From IMG/VR virus record IMGVR_UViG_3300014732_000001, positions 26,461-90,460 of that record: a stretch of 64,000 nt of DNA, one strand, 5' to 3'. Shown piece after piece: positions 41,177-51,228 of the stretch. A program made the position numbers and the translations under genes. The notes under the pieces are model-generated. The model was not told the origin of the DNA. It did no database searches and worked only from the letters and a program-made list of their open reading frames with translations. Numbering within the stretch: the first letter of the stretch is position 1; every line of letters begins with the position of its first letter. Origin of the DNA: a virus (taxonomy: Duplodnaviria > Caudoviricetes).

Positions 41177-42241
41177 ATGGATTATAGAAAGATTTACGAC
41201 GCCTTGGTAGAAAAGGCTAAACCTCGTGGCTTAGACAAAAGCCAGCATGAAGGCTATTTTGAAATTCACCACATCGTGCCTCGTTGTATGGGCGGCTCTA
41301 ACGCCAAAGAGAACCTTGTGATGTTTACAGCTAGGGAGCACTTTATTGCTCACATGCTTCTATGGAAGGCTTTTCCCCAAGAACCTAGTTTGCAACGCGC
41401 TGCTTGGATTATGAGTGCTCGTGGTATATGTAAGGTAAATTCTAAGTTATATGCTTCCGTCAAAGCTGCTCAAAGTCTCACCGTGTCCGAGCAGATGAAA
41501 GGTAAGCTTTTCAAAGATTTGACAGGTAATAGATACGAACGTCTTGTAGTAGTAAACATAGCCACTCCTTATGTAAGCCCTCAGGGATTATCTTATACAC
41601 GATGGGAGTGTGAGTGTGATTGCGGGAATAAAACTGTTGTTCACGCCAGTTCACTCTCGTCCGGAACTACTAGAAGCTGCGGGTGTTTGGCTTATGAGGT
41701 TCGTAAGTCGTATGCCGGGAAGACTTATGACGAAGAAACTAAGAAACGTTTCCGATATCTATGTGGTGCAGAACATCCGTCGTATGGTAAGAAGTATAGC
41801 CCCGAACGTGTAGAGAAAGCACGCTTAGGGCGGTTAGGGTATAAACCAACAGAAGAAACCCTTAGACGTATAAGTGAGTCTAAGAGCGGGGAAAGACACC
41901 CTAACTTCGGAAAAAAGTTACCAGAAGCAACTTGCTTGAAAATCTCAAAAGCAAACAAAGCAAAAAATCTTCAGCCTTGGGAAGTATCTCGAAATCTATC
42001 AGACAATGGACAGTCGAAGTGGTTTCTTGCCGATTACTACCACAGTATTTGGGAATTCTTTGATAAACCTTCTGCAAAGAAGTTTACAAAAATTTATAAT
42101 GAAATTCACAACGACGACATTCGATATGGCTCAATAGCTGCAATGATATATAAATTTGCAGATGGATGGGTTCCTACTCACGACCCCAAGTGGGTAGATT
42201 TCAGTGAAAAATTTTTGGAGGGGGGATGTCTAAGACAATAA
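41177..42241 (+). mobile_element. HNH homing endonuclease with NUMOD3-like repeats
   Basis: EIHHIVPRCMGGSNAKENLV.FTAREHFIAH; DLTG.RY.RL..CDCGN..SCGC; HP.YGKK...S.ET repeats; overlaps terL start by 16 nt. Confidence 0.85.
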
Positions 42242-43818
42242 TCTCTCCCTGTAGTAAACCTCAAGAGCTGTTCTTGACGCTTAGAGATGGGACAGGGAAG
42301 AGAAGTAAGTATGCAACAGAGGATGGTGAAGAAGTAGATATCATCTTTTACGGGGGTCAGGCTGGCGGTGGAAAGTCATTCGCTAGCCTTATGCACCACC
42401 TAAAATATATTCACATTCCTTATTATAAAGGTTTGACTATTCGTCGGACAACCCCGATGTTGACCAAACCCGGAGCAATTTGGGATGAAGCCAAGGCTCT
42501 TTATAAAGAAGTAGATCGTTCTGCTAAGATTCGATTGAAAGATATGAAGATTACTCTTGGTCCTGTCAAAGAAGTAGAGAGAAAGGCAGAGATTTCTTTT
42601 ACACACTTTGAACGTGTAGATGATACGGACAATTTTCAAGGCTCACAAATTTCCTCGTGTGTCCTAGATGAGTTGTGCCAGTTCGAGGAGTCTCAGTTCC
42701 TCTATATTCTCTCTCGTTTGCGTACAAAGGCCGACATGAAGCCCGTCGCCCGTGCGACGATGAACCCCCTTCCTGACTCGTGGGTTAGGAAATGGATAGA
42801 CTGGTATCTGTACCCGGCCGGGCATGAGTTCTTTGGTCGTCCTGATCCAGACAAGCAGGGTAAAGTTCGTTGGTTCATTCGTATTGATAACGAAATGATT
42901 TGGGCTGACACACGAGACGAACTTTTCGAGAAGTACGGAAGAAAAGATGAAGATGGAAATCTTCTTCCTGACTCACACCAGAAGCAAATCAAACCACTTT
43001 CGTTTGCGATGATTTCTGCCTCGGTATATGACAACCCATACATCGAAGACAGTTATATTGCTTTTCTTGAAGGGCTTGGTCGCATCGAGAAAGAAATCCT
43101 CCTTTACGGCAACTGGGAGGCCCGAGCCGCTGGTGAAGGTCTTGTCAGACGCGAAGCATTTAAAGAAGCTGACAGCCCCCCGCCGTGGAACGAGATTGTA
43201 AAGACAGTTAGAGCATATGACTTTGCTTCTACTAAGAAGACAAAGGATATGACTTACGACCCCGACTACTTTGCATCTATTAAAATGAGTAAGTTGAAAA
43301 ATGGTGATTATTTCATTCACGACGTTCAACGAACTCGGATTGGTGTTGAAGAATGGGCTAAGTTCATTCTTGAAAACGCAGAGCGTGATGGTAGAAGCGT
43401 TGACATTATCATTCCTCTTGACCCCGGAGCTAGTGCAAGATTTGCAAACTCTCAAATCAAGAAAGAAATTATCAGTCAAGGATACGTTGTTCGTGAAATG
43501 AAGGCAAGCGGGGACAAGCTTAATCGCTTCCGTCCTGTTGCTGCTTTTATTAATAACGGGTTTATGCATATTCTCAAAGACTGCGGCACTGATTTTGAGA
43601 ATGGGGTATATGACGATCTGACATTCTTCTACAACGAAGTGGAGAACTTCACGGGACAGCGCAAGTCGGGTAAAAACGGCCACGATGATGTCGTCGATAC
43701 GCTAAGCGACTGTTTCGCTGCCCTAGCGTCTAGGATACATATACCAAACTTCTCAGCAGGACTTCTATCTACAAACCTCAAATCTAACAACCCATTTTCC
43801 AACATACAAGGAGGCTAA
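42226..43818 (+). CDS. terL: terminase large subunit
   Basis: YGGQAGGGKS Walker A, VLDE Walker B, MNP coupling motif, YDFAS and HDD.VD nuclease motifs. Confidence 0.95.
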   Translation: MSKTIISPCSKPQELFLTLRDGTGKRSKYATEDGEEVDIIFYGGQAGGGKSFASLMHHLKYIHIPYYKGLTIRRTTPMLTKPGAIWDEAKALYKEVDRSAKIRLKDMKITLGPVKEVERKAEISFTHFERVDDTDNFQGSQISSCVLDELCQFEESQFLYILSRLRTKADMKPVARATMNPLPDSWVRKWIDWYLYPAGHEFFGRPDPDKQGKVRWFIRIDNEMIWADTRDELFEKYGRKDEDGNLLPDSHQKQIKPLSFAMISASVYDNPYIEDSYIAFLEGLGRIEKEILLYGNWEARAAGEGLVRREAFKEADSPPPWNEIVKTVRAYDFASTKKTKDMTYDPDYFASIKMSKLKNGDYFIHDVQRTRIGVEEWAKFILENAERDGRSVDIIIPLDPGASARFANSQIKKEIISQGYVVREMKASGDKLNRFRPVAAFINNGFMHILKDCGTDFENGVYDDLTFFYNEVENFTGQRKSGKNGHDDVVDTLSDCFAALASRIHIPNFSAGLLSTNLKSNNPFSNIQGG

Positions 43819-43821
43819 TGA

Positions 43822-45351
43822 ATGGCTGACGAACAAGATGCCTCCGTTGCGGAGAGTGTTGAAGATGTGCAGCTTGAGCAAGGGGATAATGAGATTCCAA
43901 GCATCTCTTTCAGAGAGACAGGTTATAATGGAATCCTGAGTCTTAACGGACAAATCATGGAAGATTGCAGCCATGAACTTCGTTGGCCTCAAGCGATAGA
44001 AACATACAAGAAGATGGCTAAGGATGCTGCTATCAGTCCTGCTCTTGAACTTGTTGAAACCATGATTGCACGAGTTCCTTGGGATGTCAAGATTCCTGAA
44101 GGATATGAGGAGGAACTTGCCGATAAAGCCAATTATCTCAAGCAAGTGATGGTGGACATGGATCATGACTGGCAAAGCATGATTAAACAAGCTGCCACGT
44201 TTAACCGATATGGTTTCTCTGTTCTTGAGATTGTTCTTCGATATCGCCGTAAAGAAAATGGTTCTAAGTTTAACGATGGTCTTGTAGGGGTCAAGAAACT
44301 TCCTATTCGCGCTCAAGACACTATTGACGGTTGGTATTGGAAGAACAGTGGACGAGAGCTTGCAGGACTTGTCCAACGAGTTGTAGTTCCAGACGGAGCA
44401 AACCCCTCGCATGGATGGGACTTTGTAAATGCTTCTGCTGAGAATGTACAGGGCGGAGTTAAACGAATCCCTCGTAAAAAGTTCCTTTTGTTCCGCAATA
44501 ATCCGCTGAAAGATTCACCCTGCGGAGTTAGTAGTTTGAATGGGGCATGGTTGGCTTGGAAGTTTAAGACAGCTTTTCAGGAATCAGAGGCCTTGTCCTG
44601 TGCCCAAGATGTGAATGGCTTTAAGGTGTTGTATCTGCCACCTCAGTATATGGCATCCGATGCTTCTGACGAGAACAAAGCTGTCTTTGCTGAGTATCAG
44701 AAGGCAATGGCTAATATGCACCAAGCTAAGCAATCCGGGTTGATTCTTCCTTTGTTGCTAGATGAAACTGGCAAGCGGATGTTTGATTTTGAAGTAATGA
44801 GTATTACGGGGCAAAAGGCCCATGATACAGACAAAATCATCAATCGCTACACCCGAGAGATTCTGACTTGTTTGTTTGCTGACTTCTTGGCTCTTGGTCA
44901 ACAAGGTGGTGGCTCATTCGCCCTTGGTGAAACAAAAGTTAGCATCATTGAGATGGGTATTCAAGCCAAGCTTGACGAAATCAAGAATCAGCTCAATCAC
45001 CAACTTGTACGAACCTTGTTTGAACAGAATGGCTGGGATACAACCATCATGCCAGAATTCACTTACGGAAATGTAAGTAAAGAATCTCTGGATGAGGTGA
45101 GTAAGTTTATTCAACGTACTGCTGCTGTTTCTACATTCCCACGTAATCGAGACACAATCAACTGGGTGATGAAGCAAGCCGACATCCCTTATCGTGTTCC
45201 AGATACTATGAGTCAAGAAGAGCTTGATGAAGCCCTTGGGAACATGACTTCAAGAAGTGGTGATGGGCTTGAGTCTGGAATGCCGGGGGGTACTGGAGAC
45301 GCAAGCGGTGGTTCGGGTGATAGTTCGATTTCTAATGCGGAGAATACCTAG
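43822..45351 (+). CDS. portal protein
   Basis: 509 aa directly after terL; Mu gp29-like features (ALGQQGGGSFALG); synteny. Confidence 0.85.
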   Translation: MADEQDASVAESVEDVQLEQGDNEIPSISFRETGYNGILSLNGQIMEDCSHELRWPQAIETYKKMAKDAAISPALELVETMIARVPWDVKIPEGYEEELADKANYLKQVMVDMDHDWQSMIKQAATFNRYGFSVLEIVLRYRRKENGSKFNDGLVGVKKLPIRAQDTIDGWYWKNSGRELAGLVQRVVVPDGANPSHGWDFVNASAENVQGGVKRIPRKKFLLFRNNPLKDSPCGVSSLNGAWLAWKFKTAFQESEALSCAQDVNGFKVLYLPPQYMASDASDENKAVFAEYQKAMANMHQAKQSGLILPLLLDETGKRMFDFEVMSITGQKAHDTDKIINRYTREILTCLFADFLALGQQGGGSFALGETKVSIIEMGIQAKLDEIKNQLNHQLVRTLFEQNGWDTTIMPEFTYGNVSKESLDEVSKFIQRTAAVSTFPRNRDTINWVMKQADIPYRVPDTMSQEELDEALGNMTSRSGDGLESGMPGGTGDASGGSGDSSISNAENT

Positions 45352-46334
45352 TGGAGATTCCAGAAGATATAGATATTTGTCTTCCTTTGCAGTCTTCACT
45401 GGCGGTTCCGTATATAAGGTATAGATACTACGTATACGCATTATTTAAGAAGGAAGATGTCAATCCATTCTATGTTGGTAAAGGGATAAACAACCGCATA
45501 AACCAACATTTTATGGAGTCTTCCCTTAAGAGGGAGACGAATCGTAAAAGCAAGACAATTAGGAAACATGCTAATTCTATTCGGAGGGAAATACTCTGCT
45601 ACTTCGACACCGAGTCCGCAGCGTTTGATTTTGAAGAGTATCTAATATCTTACTACAAACTTGTAGGTGACGGCGGTTGCTTATTTAATGTAGCTAAGTC
45701 TAGACATGACATTCCTGAAACGTCTAAGAAAGCTATCTCAGAAAAGAAAACGTCTAGGCAGATTGTTTACTCTGAGGAAGACGTGTTGACACTATACCGA
45801 AACTACTTTGAAAAGAGACAAACTCTGAGGGAATGTGTACAAGGTACAAGAATTCCCAGACGATACTCTTCTGCAATATCTCGTGGAGAGAGGTTCAAAG
45901 GTCTTTATCGTAAATATATAGAGCCGGGGTTGGTGAAAAACCTAAGGAAGCCGGAAGATAATCTAATCAGAAAAGACCCTGAAAATCAGAAAGTCTCGGA
46001 TGAAGAGATTATTGAAATTTTTGACTTAGTTTGCAGCCAAAAGCTCACTCTCAAAGAAGTCTGCGAAGAACGAGACTACTCTGCTACTTGGTTGGGTAAG
46101 GTCTTCATAGGCCTCGACCGTAAGTATCTTAAATTGGACTATGACCTCTACAAGTCTCTTCCGAAAGGAAGACACGTTGCGAGGGAGAGGGCTTATTTGC
46201 TGTTTAAAGAGCATTACCCTGAAAAGACAACAGACCCTGCTGAGTTAGTGGGGGTGGTTGGAAGGTCCAAATCTGTAATTAATAGGTATATTCTGCGATA
46301 TAAACAAGAGAAGGAGGCCTCAGATGGCTCGTGA
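45351..46334 (+). mobile_element. GIY-YIG (LEM-3-like) homing endonuclease
   Basis: YYVYAL...PFYVGKG...R...H...E..LI..Y...L.N; C-terminal HTH repeats; GTG start. Confidence 0.8.
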
Positions 46335-47688
46335 AATCTTGAGGCTTGCACAGTCTCTTTACAATAAACCACACCTTGTTACAGGCGGCTATCTAAATAG
46401 CGTGGTTGAATACCTAGAAGATCGTAACAGCGGTAAGGTTGAGCTTGCTGTTAATGAGACCTTAACTGGAAGAGTCAGGGAGCTTAATTACAACCCAGAC
46501 ACTAAGATTGGATGGGTTAGCATGGAAGGCCCACTCACTTACATCCAGTATGAGGGGCTTTGTGGTCCTTCTGGTCCCAGTTATCAAACCATCCGCGATG
46601 AAGTTAAGCAGATGCTTTCCTCTGGCGCTAAGTTTATTGTTCTAGACCAAGACTCGCCCGGTGGTGAAGCATACCAAGCTTTTGAGACTGCGAAGTTTGT
46701 TCGTCAAGAAGCTGACAAATATGGTGCAAAAGTTATTGCATATGTTGACGGGCTGTCGGCATCGGCCTCATACGTCTTCAGCTCTATTGCTGATGAAGTG
46801 ATTATGAACCCCCAAGCTGAGGTTGGAAGTATTGGTGTGGTTGTAAAGCTTCGTAATATGAATGAAGCCATGAAAAAAGCCGGTGTAGAAGATACCTACA
46901 TCTATGCGGGTGATTCAAAAGTGCCGTTTGATGCTGACGGTAAATTTACCCCAGAATTTCTTGATGATATTCAAGAAAAAGTGAACGCTCTCTACGTTGA
47001 GTTTGCTCAGCATGTCTCGACAATGAGAGGTATTAGTTATGAGTCTGTTGTGGCCACTCAAGCTAAAACCTTTATGGCTGACCAAGCTATCCAACTTGGT
47101 TTGGCTGATAAGAAAATGACTCTCTCTGAATTTGCCGAGTATTTGGCAGATATCTCTCAATCAGGAGGCAACATGCCGATTGGCAACCTTTTCAAGCAAA
47201 CTAAAAACGAGGTGAATCCTACTATGTCTGTAAATATGGCAAAACTGGAAGAGCTGCAAACTCAGCTTTCCCAATATGAAGCACAACTCTCCACCCTGCA
47301 AGCATCCCTTGAAGAAATGGGCGGTGTTAAGGCTGCTCTTGAAGCTGCTCTGGGTGAAAAAGAAACCGCTCTGGCTGATGCTCAAGCTCTGGTTGCAAAA
47401 CTGGAAGAAGAGAAAGTAGAGCAGAAATTGCAAGCTCGTAAAGACAAGCTGGCTGCTGTCACTTCCGCTGACCAAGTAGAAGCTCTGGTTGCTTCCCTGT
47501 CTTCTCTGGACGACGCTGCATTCTCCACTGTTGTAGGCGCTATGGCTGTTCAAGCTAAAGCTGTTGAAAACAGTGAGATGTTCACCGAGGTCGGTGACCA
47601 AGGCGTAGAGGCTTCTGTTGAAGATGTCGCTGCTCCGAAAACTTCCACCACTGATGCGCTGATTCAAGCCCGTCTTCAAAACCGTTAA
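46324..47688 (+). CDS. prohead protease (S49 family) with C-terminal scaffold domain
   Basis: LDQDSPGGE, SASASY, VGSIGVV, YAGDSK; coiled-coil Ala/Glu-rich C-terminus. Confidence 0.9.
   Translation: MAREILRLAQSLYNKPHLVTGGYLNSVVEYLEDRNSGKVELAVNETLTGRVRELNYNPDTKIGWVSMEGPLTYIQYEGLCGPSGPSYQTIRDEVKQMLSSGAKFIVLDQDSPGGEAYQAFETAKFVRQEADKYGAKVIAYVDGLSASASYVFSSIADEVIMNPQAEVGSIGVVVKLRNMNEAMKKAGVEDTYIYAGDSKVPFDADGKFTPEFLDDIQEKVNALYVEFAQHVSTMRGISYESVVATQAKTFMADQAIQLGLADKKMTLSEFAEYLADISQSGGNMPIGNLFKQTKNEVNPTMSVNMAKLEELQTQLSQYEAQLSTLQASLEEMGGVKAALEAALGEKETALADAQALVAKLEEEKVEQKLQARKDKLAAVTSADQVEALVASLSSLDDAAFSTVVGAMAVQAKAVENSEMFTEVGDQGVEASVEDVAAPKTSTTDALIQARLQNR
47173..47688 (+). CDS. nested in-frame scaffold protein (alternative start 47224)
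   Basis: internal GGAGG RBS before ATG 47173 and GAGGTG before ATG 47224; codon usage shifts to highly expressed type. Confidence 0.6.
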   Translation: MPIGNLFKQTKNEVNPTMSVNMAKLEELQTQLSQYEAQLSTLQASLEEMGGVKAALEAALGEKETALADAQALVAKLEEEKVEQKLQARKDKLAAVTSADQVEALVASLSSLDDAAFSTVVGAMAVQAKAVENSEMFTEVGDQGVEASVEDVAAPKTSTTDALIQARLQNR

Positions 47689-47706
47689 TTTAAAGGAAAT
47701 ATAAAT

Positions 47707-48165
47707 ATGCCTTTCGTAGATATGCCGTACTCCAAGCGCCTGTCCGACCTCGTTGTTCACGAAATTGATCCGAGTGTTGGTTATGGCCGTAAATGTGTAA
47801 ACGTCACTCCTCCTGCTGGTGGCGCTGCTGTTGAAATCGGCACCGTTGTTTACCGTGCCAAGGGCACTGACCCTGAAGGCGCTTATGCCGTTCTGAGTGC
47901 TGCTGCTCAAATCGCAGAGACCAATGAGTTTGCTGTTATTTACGGCGACCATTACAGCTTTAACCCTTCGTTCGTTCCGCGTGCTATTGCTGCTGGTCAG
48001 TACAACGCTGTTGGTTTTGTTGGTCATTCTGGTGGCCTGCAACTGAAAGAATACTACATTCGCCAGTTCGCTGACACCCTCGGAACCCCGCTTACCGATG
48101 CTCAGTTTGCTTCCCTGAAAGAAGTGCTGGAAAAGCAAGGTATCGTGGTTCTGGAAACCAAGTAA
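47707..48165 (+). CDS. head decoration protein
   Basis: between protease and MCP; 152 aa; highly expressed codon usage. Confidence 0.75.
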   Translation: MPFVDMPYSKRLSDLVVHEIDPSVGYGRKCVNVTPPAGGAAVEIGTVVYRAKGTDPEGAYAVLSAAAQIAETNEFAVIYGDHYSFNPSFVPRAIAAGQYNAVGFVGHSGGLQLKEYYIRQFADTLGTPLTDAQFASLKEVLEKQGIVVLETK

Positions 48166-48212
48166 TCGGCATATTTTGCCACGTTATTAATTAAATAAAG
48201 GAAAGTTAAAAT

Positions 48213-49277
48213 ATGCCTCTCGTAATTAACCCGAATGACCGCACTAAGGTAGTTGACCGTACCGACAGCCTGATTCAAATCCCGAACACTGTAGGTATCA
48301 CCAACGCCCTTGGTCTGTTCACTCCGACCTTCTCCAGCCAGAAGACTGTTGAAATCACCCGCACCAAGCGTGGCTCCACTCTGCTGGAAGACCGCAACTG
48401 GGATGAGCGTAACCAAACTATCGCTGGTCGTCAACGCGACTCGCTGCTGCTCAAGATTCCGCACTTCCCGGCAGATGACGCTATCACCCCGAACGACATC
48501 GACGGTATTGTTTCTGCTAACTCTATGGCTGAAGCCGCTGAGCTGGAAAGCGTTGCTAATGTCCGTGCTGACAAGATGTTTGACCTGCGTGAAGCTCATG
48601 GCCTGACCCTTGAAGCCGCTCGTATGCAGCTTATCACTGCCGGTACTGTTTATGCTCCGAACGGCACTGTATCGACCAACTACTACACTGAGTTTGGTAT
48701 TACTCGTGAAGAGATTGGTGTTGATCTGGCAGCTTCGGTTGACCCGCGTGCTGACTTCGCTGATGCCAAGAAAGCTGTTCGTGCTGGTCTGACTGGCGGT
48801 CAAGCTGGTACCATCCGTCGCTTCGTTGTTCTAGCCTCGGACAGCTTCTTTAACGCCCTGCTGCTGAACCCCTATGTTACCGATGCAATGAAGTCGGAGC
48901 GTAGCACTCAGTCTCTGGACGTTCTGCTTGGTGCTCCGCAAGCTCTGGCTCAGGATGCTCGCTTTGAGTATGTTGACCTGTTCGGTATCACCTTCATCAA
49001 CGCTGGCGCTGCTGGCTATGAAGATGCTGATGGCGACTTCGTTCCGTTCGTACCGGAAGGTGACGCATACATGATGCCGGTTGGTGTTCGTGATATGTTC
49101 AAAACCTACTTCGCTCCTGCTAACCGTTTTGGCACTATCAACCGCCGTGCTCAGGGTAGCTACTGGTTCGAGTACATGAACGAGAAAGATGACATCATCG
49201 AGATTATGACTGAGCAAAACTTCCTGAACGCTCTGCTGAATCCGGGTGCTATCGTTCGTCTGTTCCTCAGCGTATAA
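48213..49277 (+). CDS. major capsid protein (lambda E-like family)
   Basis: 354 aa, strongest codon bias, synteny, followed by terminator. Confidence 0.9.
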   Translation: MPLVINPNDRTKVVDRTDSLIQIPNTVGITNALGLFTPTFSSQKTVEITRTKRGSTLLEDRNWDERNQTIAGRQRDSLLLKIPHFPADDAITPNDIDGIVSANSMAEAAELESVANVRADKMFDLREAHGLTLEAARMQLITAGTVYAPNGTVSTNYYTEFGITREEIGVDLAASVDPRADFADAKKAVRAGLTGGQAGTIRRFVVLASDSFFNALLLNPYVTDAMKSERSTQSLDVLLGAPQALAQDARFEYVDLFGITFINAGAAGYEDADGDFVPFVPEGDAYMMPVGVRDMFKTYFAPANRFGTINRRAQGSYWFEYMNEKDDIIEIMTEQNFLNALLNPGAIVRLFLSV

Positions 49278-49290
49278 GCATAATAAATAA

Positions 49291-49319
49291 GGAGGCTTGA
49301 AATATAGCCTCCTATATTT
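49291..49319 (+). terminator. intrinsic terminator after MCP
   Basis: GGAGGCT-TGAAATAT-AGCCTCC, then TATATTT. Confidence 0.7.
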
Positions 49320-49330
49320 AGGAGATTCCT

Positions 49331-49507
49331 ATGGATGTTGAAATTAAAGCCGGTTGGATTTATGCAGTTCGCCAGCTTGCTGCTGGTCTGGATGTATCCA
49401 CTAAGGCAGAAGTAGTTGCTCTTGAGCCTATTGCTGATCCGGCTACGGCCACTGCTGAAGATGTTGCTACCCTTCTGAACGAAGTAGTTGCTGCTCTCAA
49501 GGCTTAA
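49331..49507 (+). CDS. small head-fibre-like virion protein, 58 aa (not in ORF track)
   Basis: AGGAG RBS; IADPATATAEDVATLLNEVVAALKA resembles the head-fibre trimerisation motif. Confidence 0.7.
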   Translation: MDVEIKAGWIYAVRQLAAGLDVSTKAEVVALEPIADPATATAEDVATLLNEVVAALKA

Positions 49508-49516
49508 AGATTACAG

Positions 49517-49541
49517 GGCAAGCCAATAGGTTTTGCCCCTT
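49517..49541 (+). terminator. terminator-like hairpin
   Basis: GGGCAAG...TTTGCCC stem. Confidence 0.5.
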
Positions 49542-49600
49542 GCTAAATCTCTTAGTTGTCGGGTAAAATAGTAAGATCAATTAAACATGAGGAGATTATT

Positions 49601-50464
49601 ATGCAACACCCAATCTACGAGACTTGGCCCTATAAGAAAGTTCTTCCTGAACACGTACCAGAGTTGATAGCTAGGTATGAGGGAGGAGAATCGGCAAGAA
49701 AGATTTCTCTAGATATGCCATTTGCCGAAGATGTTGCTTTGAAAGTTCTCAGGGATTTTGGCGTGGTTATCAAAACCCGTAAAGAGGTTCGTTTCTCAGA
49801 AGGCTGCACACTCAACCGAGAGGCATTCTGCGACTTCAACGACCCGGCAACCGCTTACTTTGTTGGATGGTTGCTGACGGACGGTAATATCAAAAAGACC
49901 AAATATGGTATGTCTGTCTCTCTGGAATTAAGCACAAAAGATCGTAAAGTCTTAGAGAGCCTTGCAAGCTATTTGAATCTAGGTGAAGGTCGTATTCGTG
50001 ATCGTTCTAGATTTGATAGCAGAACAGGTAATACATACTACACAAGCAGTATTGCATTTTCTTATGACCCTATTAACGAGAGGTTAATTTCTTTAGGTAT
50101 ATCTGAGAGAAAATCTACAAAAGAAATCGCCCCAGATGCACTTCTGCACAATCGGGATTTTTGGCGCGGTGTGTTGGAGGGTGATGGATACCTCTCAAAG
50201 CTAGATTCTTGTACAAAAATGCAAATCTGTGGAAGTGAAACTCTCTGTCACCAGTGGTTTGACTACTGTAAGAGTGTTGTTCCAGACATGCACATGACTA
50301 TTAGTCATGGTCGTAACGGATTATTTCACACATATTCCGGACGATTTGAAGAATGTAAATCTGTTCTTGATAGTTTATACCTCGGAGTACCAGAACACTT
50401 GAGGTTAGAAAGAAAATATAATCTTTACGTAGGAAGGTATTACGATGGCATTGACCCCAATTGA
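49601..50464 (+). mobile_element. double-motif LAGLIDADG homing endonuclease
   Basis: AYFVGWLLTDGNI and RDFWRGVLEGDGYL motifs; overlaps the next gene by 20 nt. Confidence 0.85.
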
Positions 50465-50849
50465 ACAAGTGAGGTTTTTAATAGGCTTAGGGCCTAATTC
50501 CCCATTTGATGATTTTGTCACCGATGAGGAAATTGAATGGGCGCTGGAAACTAAGAATGGAGACATTCTTCAGGCTGCTAAGATTGTTGCAATTTCCCTT
50601 TCGATGCAACTCTCAGGTGTACCGACGCGAGAGAGGACTGCCGACATTGAAGTGTGGAACTCTATCTCCACCAGTTACCTGAAAGCACTCGATTACTTCA
50701 TTAAGAACCCAGACATCTCCATCCCCGGTGGTTTGTTCCCTTGGTTTGGGAGTAAAGATTCTTGTTCCAAGCTCCTCAACATTTCTGTCTGTGACCATGA
50801 AGACTCCTGTGGTTGTCAAGGTTGTAACGCAAAAGGTTCGGTCTTCTAA
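50445..50849 (+). CDS. head-tail adaptor
   Basis: EQVRFLIG...VTDEEIEWAL; synteny. Confidence 0.7.
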   Translation: MALTPIEQVRFLIGLGPNSPFDDFVTDEEIEWALETKNGDILQAAKIVAISLSMQLSGVPTRERTADIEVWNSISTSYLKALDYFIKNPDISIPGGLFPWFGSKDSCSKLLNISVCDHEDSCGCQGCNAKGSVF

Positions 50850-50858
50850 GGAGAGATT

Positions 50859-51227
50859 ATGCTACGCCCTCAGTTTCTCCTTACAAAGAAAATTCCTTTG
50901 ACAATCTACAGAAAAGAAAAAGGTTCTTACGTTCGTGGTGTTTGGGTTGATGGTTCTGAGGTTGAAGTGGTTGTTGAAGTAAATATTCAACCCGTCAAGC
51001 CTTCTGAAGTTCAAATGATGCCTGAATCTGATCGCACTCGTGAGTGGTACAAAGTGTATTCCGCTGATCTTCTTCGCACTAAACAAGAAGGAGATAATGG
51101 GTGGGATGCCGACCAATTTGAGTGGCAAGGTCATCGCTACGAAGTGATGAAAGTCCAGAATTATGCGATGGGTACGTTGGACCACTGGAAAGCGTGGGCG
51201 GCTAGGATTTCTGTAACTCCAAATTGA
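50859..51227 (+). CDS. head closure (stopper) protein
   Basis: GSYVRGVW...NIQP...D.FEWQG.RYEV; synteny. Confidence 0.7.
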   Translation: MLRPQFLLTKKIPLTIYRKEKGSYVRGVWVDGSEVEVVVEVNIQPVKPSEVQMMPESDRTREWYKVYSADLLRTKQEGDNGWDADQFEWQGHRYEVMKVQNYAMGTLDHWKAWAARISVTPN

Positions 51228-51228
51228 G

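Noticed and set aside
41177-42241. Group I intron hosting the HNH within the terminase gene
   Set aside because: terL is a complete uninterrupted ORF with its Walker A near the N-terminus; no upstream exon or P7 core was recognised.
47161-48803. Long antisense ORFs (47161-48138, 48102-48803)
   Set aside because: Shadows of strongly codon-biased scaffold, decoration and MCP genes.
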